Shown here piece after piece: positions 8,583 through 16,563 of a stretch of 46,158 bases of DNA (position 1 is the stretch's first letter; each line of letters opens with the position of its first letter). The position numbers and the translations under genes were made by a program. This DNA is from a virus (taxonomy: Duplodnaviria; Heunggongvirae; Uroviricota; Caudoviricetes). The notes under the pieces were generated by a model that worked only from the letters and a program-made list of their open reading frames with translations, was not told the DNA's origin and did no database searches. Location of the stretch: positions 1-46,158 of IMG/VR virus record IMGVR_UViG_3300042896_000947; one strand, written 5' to 3'.

Positions 8583-10751
8583 TTACGGGGCCAAAAGCAG
8601 CTTGCTCAGTTCGGCCATCACGCGCGCCGGGAGTTCAGCCGTGTCGTTCAGCACCACGCTCTTGGGGTAGAACGACTTGACGGCGGCGGTCTGGATGCCG
8701 ATACCGATGACCTCCACGCCCTGCTTGGTCAGCGCGGCGACGGTGGTTTTCAGGTGCGCCGAAAGACCCCGGCCCGAGCGGCACGACGGCTCGCCGTCTG
8801 ACAGCACGATCATGATGTGGCGCTCGGCGCTTTGCTGCACCAGGCGCCGGGCGGCCAGCTGGACGCACTCGCCGTCGATGTTTTGCAGCAGGTAGTCCGG
8901 GTCTTCGGTCAGGTGCGCGAGGCGGCTTTTCGCTTCGCTGTCGAGCTTGCCGGCAAACGGCTTGAACACCGGCATGTAGAGCGGCTCAATGCGGGCGTAG
9001 CCCATGCCGTGAAAGCTCTTGCCGTGGGTCTTGGCGTCCTCGGTCATTGCGGCGGTCATGGCGTGGTTGTTGTATGAGGTGAAGCCGATCACCTCGTACT
9101 TGATGGAGAGTCGCTCCAGCACCGAAGCCAGTGCGTAAGCGGCAATCCCGGCCAGCTCCATGCGCGGGCCGCCCATTGAACCCGAGCAGTCCACGACCAG
9201 CGACAGCGCGGTATTTTTCGCCTTGGTCTCATGGCGCTGGCGAAACACGCGGTCGTCGCCGACAGCGGTCTTGAACAGGCCGCCCGGGGCGATGCGCCCA
9301 CGGCGCTGACCGGGGTTCCAGGACTTGCGGGCCTGGGCGGAGACGGCGCGCTCCAGCTGCTTTTGCATCACCCCGATCTTGTCACGCAGGCTGGCATCCA
9401 GCGTCTCGACGGCGCGCTTGCTTTTGGCCAGCGGCGCCGGCTCGGTCTTGTCCCATTCGGTGCTGAAAATGGCGTACTTGGAGGCCGCAGTCTCGGCGGC
9501 AGCGTCCTTGCTCAGACGCTCGCCCATGTCCTTGTCAAAGTCGCGCTCGGTGTCGAACATGTCAGCCAGCGGATCGGTCTCGTCCTCCACGTCGCTGTCC
9601 GGGGTGCTGCGGCCGGCGGCTTCGTCGCCATCGTCAAGCTCGCCCGAGTCCTCACTGCCCGTGTCGCTGCCTTCGCCGGTCGTGGCGCCCGCTTCGCTGT
9701 CGTCGTCGGTGGTCTCGCCTTCGCCATCGTCCGTACCGGCGCCTGCGTCGGTGTCGCCACCTTCTTCACCATCGGAGTCGTCATCGGTGTCGTCTTCCGG
9801 GGTGGGTTCGTCGGGAGCGTCCTCAAGCGGTGCGGGTTCGTCGTCGTCTTCCGGGGTCGATTCGCCTTCATCCTTCTCGCCCTTGTCACCGAGTTCTTCG
9901 CCTTCGCCGTCGCCCGACTTGGCGTCGTCGGCACCCTCGACCGCATCAGACTTGTCCGAGCCGGTCTTCTCGCTGTCGTCGCTCTCGGACTTGACGCTGC
10001 CCTCGTCATCGGGTGGCGTCCAGCCACCCTCTGCTTCGCTGTCGGCCCCGCCCTCGGGTGCTTCGGGCTTGCCTTCGGGCGCTGGCGGCTCGACGGGTTC
10101 TTTCTCTTCGAGGCGGCGCTTGACCTCGCTGGCCAGTGCCAGGCAGTCCATGCTGGAGTTGCAACCTGCAAGGCGACCCATCAGCTCCTCGCCCAGCTTG
10201 GCGGCAACCGGGGCAACCAGCGCGGCGATCTGCGGCTCCTTGATGAAGTCTGCGGCGCTGGCTTGACCGCCCCAGGCCCGAAACGCAGCGACCGTGGCAT
10301 AACCCCGGGCCTCTTCGAGATTGCCGGCCTTGAGCGCGGCGTTGATCTTGACGCGGGCAATTTTTTCCAGGTAGAACTTGCGAACGCTCTCCAGGTTGTG
10401 ACCCGAGCCGCGAAAGCTCTCGGTCATCTTGCGCTCGACAAACACGTCCTCGATGATGTTGGCCAGATTCGCCACGCGCTTGCCCAGCTTGTGCGCTTCC
10501 TTGAGCGCCTTGGGGTCGCTATACAGAACGTGACCGACTTCGTGGTCCAGAAAGCCCTGAATCGCGGCGATGAACTCGTCGCTGGCGTCGTCAGGGATGT
10601 AAGGCACGTTGAGTTCTTTGATGGCCCCTGTGATGGCATCGTACTTGACGTAGGCGCCGGTGCCGCGCTGTGTCACGGTGATGGCTTGCATCGTCAGCAT
10701 GGACACAATGCGCCCGATCGACTCGCGGATTACCAGAATGTCTTTCTTCAT
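8583..10751 (-). CDS. CobT-like protein: N-terminal HExxH-like domain, long acidic linker, C-terminal vWA domain
   Basis: GFLDHEVGH; D/E-rich linker; MIDAS motif VDCSGSM...LSDGEP; adjacent to the CobS-like ATPase. Confidence 0.88.
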   Translation of the reverse strand: MKKDILVIRESIGRIVSMLTMQAITVTQRGTGAYVKYDAITGAIKELNVPYIPDDASDEFIAAIQGFLDHEVGHVLYSDPKALKEAHKLGKRVANLANIIEDVFVERKMTESFRGSGHNLESVRKFYLEKIARVKINAALKAGNLEEARGYATVAAFRAWGGQASAADFIKEPQIAALVAPVAAKLGEELMGRLAGCNSSMDCLALASEVKRRLEEKEPVEPPAPEGKPEAPEGGADSEAEGGWTPPDDEGSVKSESDDSEKTGSDKSDAVEGADDAKSGDGEGEELGDKGEKDEGESTPEDDDEPAPLEDAPDEPTPEDDTDDDSDGEEGGDTDAGAGTDDGEGETTDDDSEAGATTGEGSDTGSEDSGELDDGDEAAGRSTPDSDVEDETDPLADMFDTERDFDKDMGERLSKDAAAETAASKYAIFSTEWDKTEPAPLAKSKRAVETLDASLRDKIGVMQKQLERAVSAQARKSWNPGQRRGRIAPGGLFKTAVGDDRVFRQRHETKAKNTALSLVVDCSGSMGGPRMELAGIAAYALASVLERLSIKYEVIGFTSYNNHAMTAAMTEDAKTHGKSFHGMGYARIEPLYMPVFKPFAGKLDSEAKSRLAHLTEDPDYLLQNIDGECVQLAARRLVQQSAERHIMIVLSDGEPSCRSGRGLSAHLKTTVAALTKQGVEVIGIGIQTAAVKSFYPKSVVLNDTAELPARVMAELSKLLLAP

Positions 10752-10845
10752 AAAATGCCCCTTTAGTTACTCGATGTATTGATTGTGATCAGACTTTTTC
10801 GGCTGAGCGCCCCCTGCATCAACGGGCCTAGAGTCTTTCATGCGC

Positions 10846-11016
10846 TCAACGAACCAGCAAAAACTCCTCGCTTGAGGCTTGAATCAGCACCACGCGCCGC
10901 CCCGCCATGGTAAGAATGGTTGCCTTAATACCTGCCACTGCGATGCACTCCGTCACAACAGAAGCCTCTAAAATGTCGGCGGCCTGCTCTATACCGAGTT
11001 TCTCCACATGCTGCAT
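10846..11016 (-). CDS. Small hypothetical protein (56 aa), first gene of the leftward operon, divergent from the repressor
   Basis: Manual translation MQHVEKLGIEQAADILEASVVTECIAVAGIKATILTMAGRRVVLIQASSEEFLLVR; RBS AAGGAA; below the ORF-track cutoff. Confidence 0.6.
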   Translation of the reverse strand: MQHVEKLGIEQAADILEASVVTECIAVAGIKATILTMAGRRVVLIQASSEEFLLVR

Positions 11017-11035
11017 GACTTGTTCCTTTTTGGTG

Positions 11036-11049
11036 TGTCACTATTGACT
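11036..11049. promoter_or_regulatory. Operator TGTCA-CTAT-TGACT, 5 nt downstream of minus-strand TACAAT (11055-11060)
   Basis: Sequence read directly; left operator of a divergent switch. Confidence 0.72.
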
Positions 11050-11164
11050 GCTTTATTGTAGGGAGGGCTAACCCGAATAGGGGAGAGTAACTGCATGTAG
11101 ATTATGTAAAACATAAGTTACTAGATTTACGTTTATAACAAGTGCGCTAATTGCCTCCCTACAA

Positions 11165-11178
11165 TGTCATTACTGACT
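11165..11178. promoter_or_regulatory. Operator TGTCA-TTAC-TGACT overlapping plus-strand TACAAT (11160-11165) upstream of the repressor
   Basis: Sequence read directly; right operator of the divergent switch. Confidence 0.72.
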
Positions 11179-11240
11179 AGCACATTATCGAGTCGGTGGT
11201 ATATTTATTTAATGGATTTATTAAAAACAGGGAGTTATTT

Positions 11241-11765
11241 ATGAGTGCATCCACCAACACCAAGCCCATCAAGGAAGATCACCGCAAGCGTGAACATCGC
11301 TTTTCCAAGATGCCTTTTCGCGACGTGATGAAAGTCGCGATGAAGGAAACCGGCGTCGGGAACGTGGAGATGCAGCAGGCGCTCGGCTACTCCAAGCCCA
11401 ACGTCATTGCGATGATCAAGAGCGGCTCGATGAGCCTGCCCGACGACAAGGCCGTGGTGGTTGCCCGGGTGCTGGGCCTCTCGCCCGCTTTCATGCTGCG
11501 CAAGCTGGTGCAGGAGAACAACCCGGCCCTGTGGGACGCCATCGAGTCGGTCATGGGTGACAGCTTGGTCACTGCCAGTGAGCTGGCGCTGGTCAATCTG
11601 GTACGCAAGGAACTCGACGGTCTGGACGTGAACCTGGCCGAGCACCCCGAGTTTGTCCAGACGGCGGTCCCGCTGCTGCGCGACATTGCCCAGCGTGAAA
11701 TGGCCACGACCCAGGCCACCTTGGAGCGCGTCGAGCGCGAACGCCTGTCCCGCAAGCCCAGCTGA
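11241..11765 (+). CDS. XRE-family HTH transcriptional regulator, candidate master repressor
   Basis: EMQQALGYSKPNVIAMIKSGSMSLPDDKAVVVARVLGLSP HTH pattern; start moved to 11241 because of RBS GGGAG; oriented opposite to the lytic genes. Confidence 0.8.
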   Translation: MSASTNTKPIKEDHRKREHRFSKMPFRDVMKVAMKETGVGNVEMQQALGYSKPNVIAMIKSGSMSLPDDKAVVVARVLGLSPAFMLRKLVQENNPALWDAIESVMGDSLVTASELALVNLVRKELDGLDVNLAEHPEFVQTAVPLLRDIAQREMATTQATLERVERERLSRKPS

Positions 11766-11787
11766 GCGACACGCCCGCCCTCCGATC

Positions 11788-11813
11788 AAGCCGACCTGAG
11801 TGTCGGTTTTTTT
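11788..11813 (+). terminator. Rho-independent terminator after the repressor gene
   Basis: AAGCCGAC-ctgagt-GTCGGTTT followed by a T-run. Confidence 0.78.
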
Positions 11814-11830
11814 GTGGCCGATTACCTAGC

Positions 11831-11892
11831 ATAGGCTACCCTAGTATAGATAGAATAGGCTACACTAGTATATCTATACTAGCCTACCCTAT
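11831..11892. repeat. 18-bp repeats upstream of parA (two direct, one inverted), candidate parS/par operator
   Basis: ATAGGCTACCCTAGTATA (11831), ATAGGCTACACTAGTATA (11855) and inverted ATAGGGTAGGCTAGTATA (11875-11892). Confidence 0.6.
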
Positions 11893-11928
11893 GGCATACT
11901 GGCCGCTCCCCAGCTGGAGCTATTATTT

Positions 11929-12585
11929 ATGATCATCCTTATTTGCGGCAGCAAGGGCGGTGGCGGCAAGACCACCATCGCCACCAACCTGGCTGCGTCC
12001 CGGGCCGCGCAGGGCCGTGCGGTGCTGCTCGTCAATGCCGACCCCAACGGCACCAGCTCGATCTGGGCGGCACGCCGGGCCGAGTCGGGCACCATGCCGG
12101 CCATCACCTGCGTGTCCATGTTCGGCAAGGGCATGGCCGCCGAGGTCACCAAGATGGCGCCGCGCTTTGACGACATTCTGATCGACTGCGTGGGCGCCGA
12201 CTCAGCCGAGCAGCGCCAGGGCATGCTGGTGGCCGATGTGATGGTCATCCCGTGCCGGGCCAGTCAGTTCGACCTGGACGTGTTGGCGCTGGTGAACCGC
12301 ACGGTCGCCGAGTCCCGGCATGTCAACCCCACGGCGCGCGCGCTGCTGGTGGTCAACGCCGCCTCGACGCATGCAGCCGGCACCGACCCGCAAAAGGTGG
12401 CCAACGCGGTGGTTGGGCTTGAAAGCCTCACGCTGTCGGACGCCGTACTGTGCGAGCGCCAGGTGTACCGCGATGCGGGCGGCATGGGCCTGGGCGCGGC
12501 CGAGGTGGTGCCGCGCAACGTCAAGGCCGCCAGGGAAGTTTCGATCCTGCACCACGCCGTCTTTGGAGAACCCCATGGCCAGTAA
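11929..12585 (+). CDS. parA: Type Ib ParA partition ATPase
   Basis: Deviant Walker A KGGGGKTT, ADPNGT, ILIDCVG, PCRASQFDL; short, with no N-terminal HTH. Confidence 0.93.
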   Translation: MIILICGSKGGGGKTTIATNLAASRAAQGRAVLLVNADPNGTSSIWAARRAESGTMPAITCVSMFGKGMAAEVTKMAPRFDDILIDCVGADSAEQRQGMLVADVMVIPCRASQFDLDVLALVNRTVAESRHVNPTARALLVVNAASTHAAGTDPQKVANAVVGLESLTLSDAVLCERQVYRDAGGMGLGAAEVVPRNVKAAREVSILHHAVFGEPHGQ

Positions 12586-12877
12586 ACCCGGTTTCAGCAA
12601 ACCCCGCCTGGACCCCAATCAGGTCAACGACTTTGTTTCCGGCTCGGCCCTGGAGCGCATGCAGCGCCTGCCTGCGACGCTTGAGGCACCGTCTGCGCCC
12701 TTGGTGACGGAGCCCGAGTTGAATCCGCGCATCATGAAGCAGGTTAACTTCGATATGCCCGAGCCGGAGCATTACCGCCTGAAGCGCCTGGTGGACGCGA
12801 TGCCCAGCATGAGCATGCGCAAGTTCATCCTGGCCGCGATCAAGGAAAAGATGGAACGCCTGGGCGCCGAGCGCTGA
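12575..12877 (+). CDS. Small ParG/ParB-type ribbon-helix-helix centromere-binding protein
   Basis: Manual translation MASKPGFSKPRL...MKQVNFDMPEPEHYRLKRLVDAMPSMSMRKFILAAIKEKMERLGAER; overlaps the parA end; RBS GGAG. Confidence 0.78.
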   Translation: MASKPGFSKPRLDPNQVNDFVSGSALERMQRLPATLEAPSAPLVTEPELNPRIMKQVNFDMPEPEHYRLKRLVDAMPSMSMRKFILAAIKEKMERLGAER

Positions 12878-13014
12878 TGTAGTTCAATGGGGAGCGCCGA
12901 TGTAGTGCAATGGGGAGCGCCCAGGCGGGCATGTAGTGCAATGGGGAGCCGCATGTAGTGCAATGGGGATGCCGATGTAGTGCAATGGGGAGCCTGATGT
13001 AGTGCAATGGGGAG
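12877..13014 (+). repeat. Six replication iterons ATGTAGTGCAATGGGGAG
   Basis: Copies start at 12877, 12900, 12931, 12953, 12975 and 12997; 22-23 bp spacing except one 31-bp gap. Confidence 0.92.
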
Positions 13015-13057
13015 CGACCCCTCAAAAAACGCCAGCAAAATCAAGAGCTTAGGGCGC

Positions 13058-13210
13058 TTATCCACAGGTGCTAATCTTCTCTTAATCCTTCTTAATCCTT
13101 TCTAATCGGGATAACCGGCTCCCCATTGCACTACATGCTGTGGATAACTCGGCCTGCTGAACAGCCGTTTGGCATGAAAGGACGCGCTGCACCATCCCCA
13201 TTGCACTACA
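13058..13210. other. oriV core: DnaA boxes, AT-rich unwinding repeats and two inverted iterons
   Basis: TTATCCACA at 13058-13066 and TGTGGATAA at 13139-13147; (C)TAATC(C/T)TT repeats at 13071-13107; inverted iterons at 13119-13136 and 13195-13210 in front of trfA. Confidence 0.85.
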
Positions 13211-13256
13211 CAATAGCGGTGGACAGATTGGCAGGCACGGGCGAAACTTTGCCGCT

Positions 13257-14060
13257 ATGAGCACAGCCCTTACCTGCACACTGCCGCTTTGGCCCAAGGA
13301 GACGCGCGGCTTTCCCAATGTCTTCGCCCGCTCCTCACTGTTCAACGCGGCCAGTCTGCGCAAGGGCAAGCGCCAGCAGTTCAAAAAGCATGCCGTCGCC
13401 ACGCTCAAGGACGTGGAGATCACCTACTCGGGCGAGGAGCTGCGCCAGGACGATGAGGACGTGTTCTTGCAGATCCTGCACATTGCGCGGTTCAGCGAGC
13501 TGGGCACCCGGGTGTTCTTCACGGCCAACTCCATCATCACCGAGCTGGGCTGGAGCCGCAACAGCGCGAGCTACCTGCGCCTGACCGAGTGCCTGGAGCG
13601 CATGAAGGTGACTTCGGTCGAGGTGGTGGTGAAGGACAGCGCCGCGCGCCAGCAGCGCTGCTACAGCGGCTCGCTGATCCGGCTGTTCCGCTGGCGCCAG
13701 GACATGAGCACGGGCGCCACCACGCGCGAGTGGGAAGTGCTGCTGGAGCCCGAGATTGTGGCGCTGTTTGACCCCAGCGGCTACACCCAGCTCGACTGGC
13801 GGCTGCGCATGACGCTGCCCCCGCTGGCCAAGTGGCTGCACAGCTTTTACCACTCGCATGCCGAGCCGTTCCCGATCAAGGTCGAGACCATCTGCCGCCT
13901 GACAGGCTCGCAGGCACGCACGCTCTACCAGTTCCGCTACAAGCTGCGCCTGGCGCTGGAGCTGCTCACCGAGCGTGGCTTTTTCATCAGCGCCGTGATT
14001 GACCCGGCCAGCGACCGAGTGGTGGTCAAGCGCGCTGCCGATCTCAAGCGCCTGGCTTAA
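13257..14060 (+). CDS. trfA: TrfA-family plasmid replication initiator
   Basis: PNVFARSSLF, YSGEELRQDDEDVFLQIL, PLAKWLHSFYHSH...PIKVETICRLTGS, FRYKLRLAL; directly downstream of iterons and DnaA boxes. Confidence 0.88.
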   Translation: MSTALTCTLPLWPKETRGFPNVFARSSLFNAASLRKGKRQQFKKHAVATLKDVEITYSGEELRQDDEDVFLQILHIARFSELGTRVFFTANSIITELGWSRNSASYLRLTECLERMKVTSVEVVVKDSAARQQRCYSGSLIRLFRWRQDMSTGATTREWEVLLEPEIVALFDPSGYTQLDWRLRMTLPPLAKWLHSFYHSHAEPFPIKVETICRLTGSQARTLYQFRYKLRLALELLTERGFFISAVIDPASDRVVVKRAADLKRLA

Positions 14061-14707
14061 CGCCGGGCCAGTCGCAGCAGACTCGCCGCATCAGCGCTGG
14101 GGTTCACCCTGACCATGCGGGCGTAGCGCTGGGCCAGTTCGGGCCAGGAGCAGTCGAACGCCTCCCGGGCGCTCCAGGTCAGCTCCAGCAGGGGCGTGGC
14201 GATCGTCGGGGTCGCCCGCTGCCACCAGACGTAGGGCAGCTTGAGGTGGCGCACCTGTGAGGCCGCCTGCAGCAGCTCGCGGGCCAGCGGACTCAGGCGC
14301 TGGAGCTGCGCAGCGTCGCGCCAGGTCAGGTCGGCCGTCTCCTGCGGCGTGAGGTGGGCTTCGAGCGCGAACATGCATGCCTGACGGCGCGCCAGCGGCA
14401 TGCGGGCCAGCCCATCGACCAGCTCGTCCACCAGAAAGGGCTCGGGCGGCAGCTCATGCAGGATGAGCGCGGCGGGCGCGCCGGCCTCGCCCAGCTCGCC
14501 GTGAATGGCCGCCAGGATGAGTGCGGTTTGCAGTTGGTCGATGGCATCAATGGCAGCGCGGCGTTGGCGCTTCAAGCCGGCGCGGGCGTAAAACAGCTGA
14601 ATGTCAGTTTCGGACACGTCGCCGACTTGACGCTGCCAGAGCGAGTCGTGGGCGGTGGGGTGCTGGGGGAGCCAGAACTGAACGCTGTTGAGGTCGGCGA
14701 GGCGCAT
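14057..14707 (-). CDS. Hypothetical protein with a degenerate tyrosine-recombinase-like segment
   Basis: ACMFALEAHLTPQETADLTWRDA resembles the LxxxTGxRxxELxxLxWxD box but lacks the catalytic Arg; no HxxR or Tyr motif seen. Confidence 0.5.
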   Translation of the reverse strand: MRLADLNSVQFWLPQHPTAHDSLWQRQVGDVSETDIQLFYARAGLKRQRRAAIDAIDQLQTALILAAIHGELGEAGAPAALILHELPPEPFLVDELVDGLARMPLARRQACMFALEAHLTPQETADLTWRDAAQLQRLSPLARELLQAASQVRHLKLPYVWWQRATPTIATPLLELTWSAREAFDCSWPELAQRYARMVRVNPSADAASLLRLARR

Positions 14708-14732
14708 AAAAAAACCCTCTGGTGGAGGGTTT
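14708..14732 (-). terminator. Rho-independent terminator
   Basis: AAACCCTC-cacca-GAGGGTTT followed by a T-run on the minus strand. Confidence 0.7.
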
Positions 14733-14753
14733 GATTGTAGGGGCGGCCAGGCT

Positions 14754-15095
14754 TTAGGGCGTCAGCAGCCAGGCTTTGACGGCTTCTTGCAGCCGGGCGC
14801 GGTCACGCCAGTGCAGCTCGCTGGCGTCCTGACCGCGTGACTCCAGCGTGATGCGGTCGCGCTGCAGGCAAATGCGGCGCTCGCCCGACAGCGCCATGCC
14901 GCGCCAGTCGGGGTCGTTGGGGTCGCGCAGCACGATGTAGAGCCGCGCGGGGTTGCCCGGGCTGCCAGTGACTTCAAAGCGCTCGGGGTGGCGCTGCAGG
15001 TTGTCGCAGATTTGCCGCACCAGCAGCGTTGGCTCGGGCAGCAGCCACTCCTGCAGTCGGGCAAGGGGGCGGGTCAGGGTGGCGGCAAGATTCAT
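14754..15095 (-). CDS. Hypothetical protein (113 aa)
   Basis: RBS AAGGAA; downstream of the operator/-10 at 15108-15132. Confidence 0.7.
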   Translation of the reverse strand: MNLAATLTRPLARLQEWLLPEPTLLVRQICDNLQRHPERFEVTGSPGNPARLYIVLRDPNDPDWRGMALSGERRICLQRDRITLESRGQDASELHWRDRARLQEAVKAWLLTP

Positions 15096-15107
15096 GGTTC
15101 CTTATGC

Positions 15108-15121
15108 GGTCAGTGGTGACT
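15108..15121. promoter_or_regulatory. Operator GGTCA-GTGG-TGACT, 5 nt downstream of minus-strand TATAAT (15127-15132)
   Basis: Sequence read directly. Confidence 0.72.
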
Positions 15122-15133
15122 GATTTATTATAG

Positions 15134-15316
15134 TCACGCAGAAGCGGACGCCGGGACGGGCTGGGTGGCCAGCTGCGCCGTGGCGTTGATCACGAAGTCC
15201 AGCACGGTGAAGAGCTGAACCTGCTGGCCCTTGGCGTCGAGGACGCGAATGGTGCCGCCTTGCGCCTGGTGGCGCCACGGGGCGGGGTGAATGGCCATGA
15301 TTTCGGGGAGAGTCAT
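15134..15316 (-). CDS. Small hypothetical protein (60 aa)
   Basis: RBS AGGAA; GC3-rich codons. Confidence 0.62.
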   Translation of the reverse strand: MTLPEIMAIHPAPWRHQAQGGTIRVLDAKGQQVQLFTVLDFVINATAQLATQPVPASASA

Positions 15317-15380
15317 CGGGTTGGGTTCCTGGTGGTGGGTTTTGACGGCGAAATTTTCACCTTAGATAATGGCAGTTATC

Positions 15381-15503
15381 TTAGGGCGGTGTCTTGCCTA
15401 AGCAGCGATACAGGCCATGCACGATCAGGGACAGGCCGTACACAGCCACCGCACCGAACAGCGCGCCCACGATGGTCAGGAACAGCCGCCAGTCGTCCGT
15501 CAT
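15381..15503 (-). CDS. Small membrane protein (40 aa)
   Basis: Manual translation MTDDWRLFLTIVGALFGAVAVYGLSLIVHGLYRCLGKTPP; ATGA overlap with the upstream stop; one hydrophobic helix. Confidence 0.5.
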   Translation of the reverse strand: MTDDWRLFLTIVGALFGAVAVYGLSLIVHGLYRCLGKTPP

Positions 15504-16279
15504 GACGGCTGCACCGCCTGGGCGATGGCTGCGGCGTGAATTTCTTCCAACACTGAGGCATAGATCAAGGGTTGCCCCTCAAGCACTGAGGTTTCACCGT
15601 AGCGTTCGTAGCTTGCCCAGGCGTCATTGATGACTTGGCGCAGAGCGGCAATCTCAGCTTGTTGCGCATCTTTGACGGACAAGCTCGGTTGCGCCTCAGA
15701 TTCAGCTTGTTTTGATGAACAAGGTTGCACCACCTGGGACGTTGCTGCGTCGATGGCCGCGTCAAGTTCTGATTCAATCAATGTCACGTCCGCATCCTCG
15801 GTGTGAGGTAGGCGCTCCTGGATGACGCAAATCTCACGCTGTCCCGGTAGAACCTCACTGTCGTCACTGCGCAGCCAGCGATACCGCTCGGCATCCTTGC
15901 GCAGCGCCGCAATCTCGGCACCTTTAGATGCCACACCGCGCTTGTAGTGCTGATGGAACTCATGCTCCATCGTGTCAGTAGGGATGCTGATCTTCACGCC
16001 ACGGGCAAATGAGGCAAGCTGCTCTTTCAGCGCCGCAATCTCGGCATCCTTGGCGTTCACCAATGCCGTCACTGCATCGAGAAAAATTGGCACGATCAGG
16101 TGCGCCTCGTCGCAAAAGCTCGCGTCGCAGGCGTGGTGGAACTCTGCAATGTGGTAGCGCTCGTCCGTGACCGTGTGGTGGCTGGTCCTTCCCCGCCGCC
16201 ACTTGCCCGGCGTGCTTGCCTTGTGGGCATCGCGCAGCAGGTGGGCCAGCTCTGCCACGGTTAAGTCTTTTTCAGTCAT
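15500..16279 (-). CDS. Ead/Ea22-like mosaic accessory protein
   Basis: ASTPGKW N-terminal motif, three AEIAALR/K segments and KDAERYRWLR; start moved to 16279 (RBS AAGGA). Confidence 0.65.
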   Translation of the reverse strand: MTEKDLTVAELAHLLRDAHKASTPGKWRRGRTSHHTVTDERYHIAEFHHACDASFCDEAHLIVPIFLDAVTALVNAKDAEIAALKEQLASFARGVKISIPTDTMEHEFHQHYKRGVASKGAEIAALRKDAERYRWLRSDDSEVLPGQREICVIQERLPHTEDADVTLIESELDAAIDAATSQVVQPCSSKQAESEAQPSLSVKDAQQAEIAALRQVINDAWASYERYGETSVLEGQPLIYASVLEEIHAAAIAQAVQPS

Positions 16280-16326
16280 GTCAGTCCTTTGTTGTTTGCT
16301 ATGCTTTTTTAACCGATAAATCGCCC

Positions 16327-16563
16327 TTATGCGGGGTAATCCGGCGCGGCAGTCAGCATGGCGCGGAAGTCTTTGCACAGGTAGCTCCTGATGCGTTCAA
16401 TGATTCCCCCGGAGTGGCTGCTACACCAGTCCTCGTAGTTGGTGTATTCCGGCGTGGCTTGCTGTGAAAGGCACCCGGCCTGAAGCATGGCTTCGGTCGG
16501 CTCAATCGGCACCAGCTTCCACTTTGTCCAGTCAATCGACGTTGTTGGGTTTTGCGTATTCAC
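16327..16563 (-). CDS. Small phage protein with WKLVPIEPTEAM motif, probably the detached C-terminus of the upstream gene
   Basis: GTG start at 16563 with RBS AAGGA inside the end of the HNH-AP2 gene. Confidence 0.55.
   Translation of the reverse strand: MNTQNPTTSIDWTKWKLVPIEPTEAMLQAGCLSQQATPEYTNYEDWCSSHSGGIIERIRSYLCKDFRAMLTAAPDYPA

Noticed and set aside
7298-10751. Cobalamin biosynthesis auxiliary genes
   Set aside because: No CobN or other cob genes; the motifs only support a generic AAA-vWA pair.
12877-13014. Repeat array as a CRISPR array
   Set aside because: Gaps are only 4-13 nt, repeats are non-palindromic at helical-phase spacing, DnaA boxes and trfA are adjacent, and no cas genes are seen; these are iterons.
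14057-14707. Functional integrase and att site
   Set aside because: Catalytic residues are missing and no att-like duplication or adjacent tRNA is visible.
2346-15349. Recurring CCACCA(A)GGAACC sequence upstream of several genes (about 2346, 8488, 15325)
   Set aside because: Explained as a preferred ribosome-binding context rather than a separate element.
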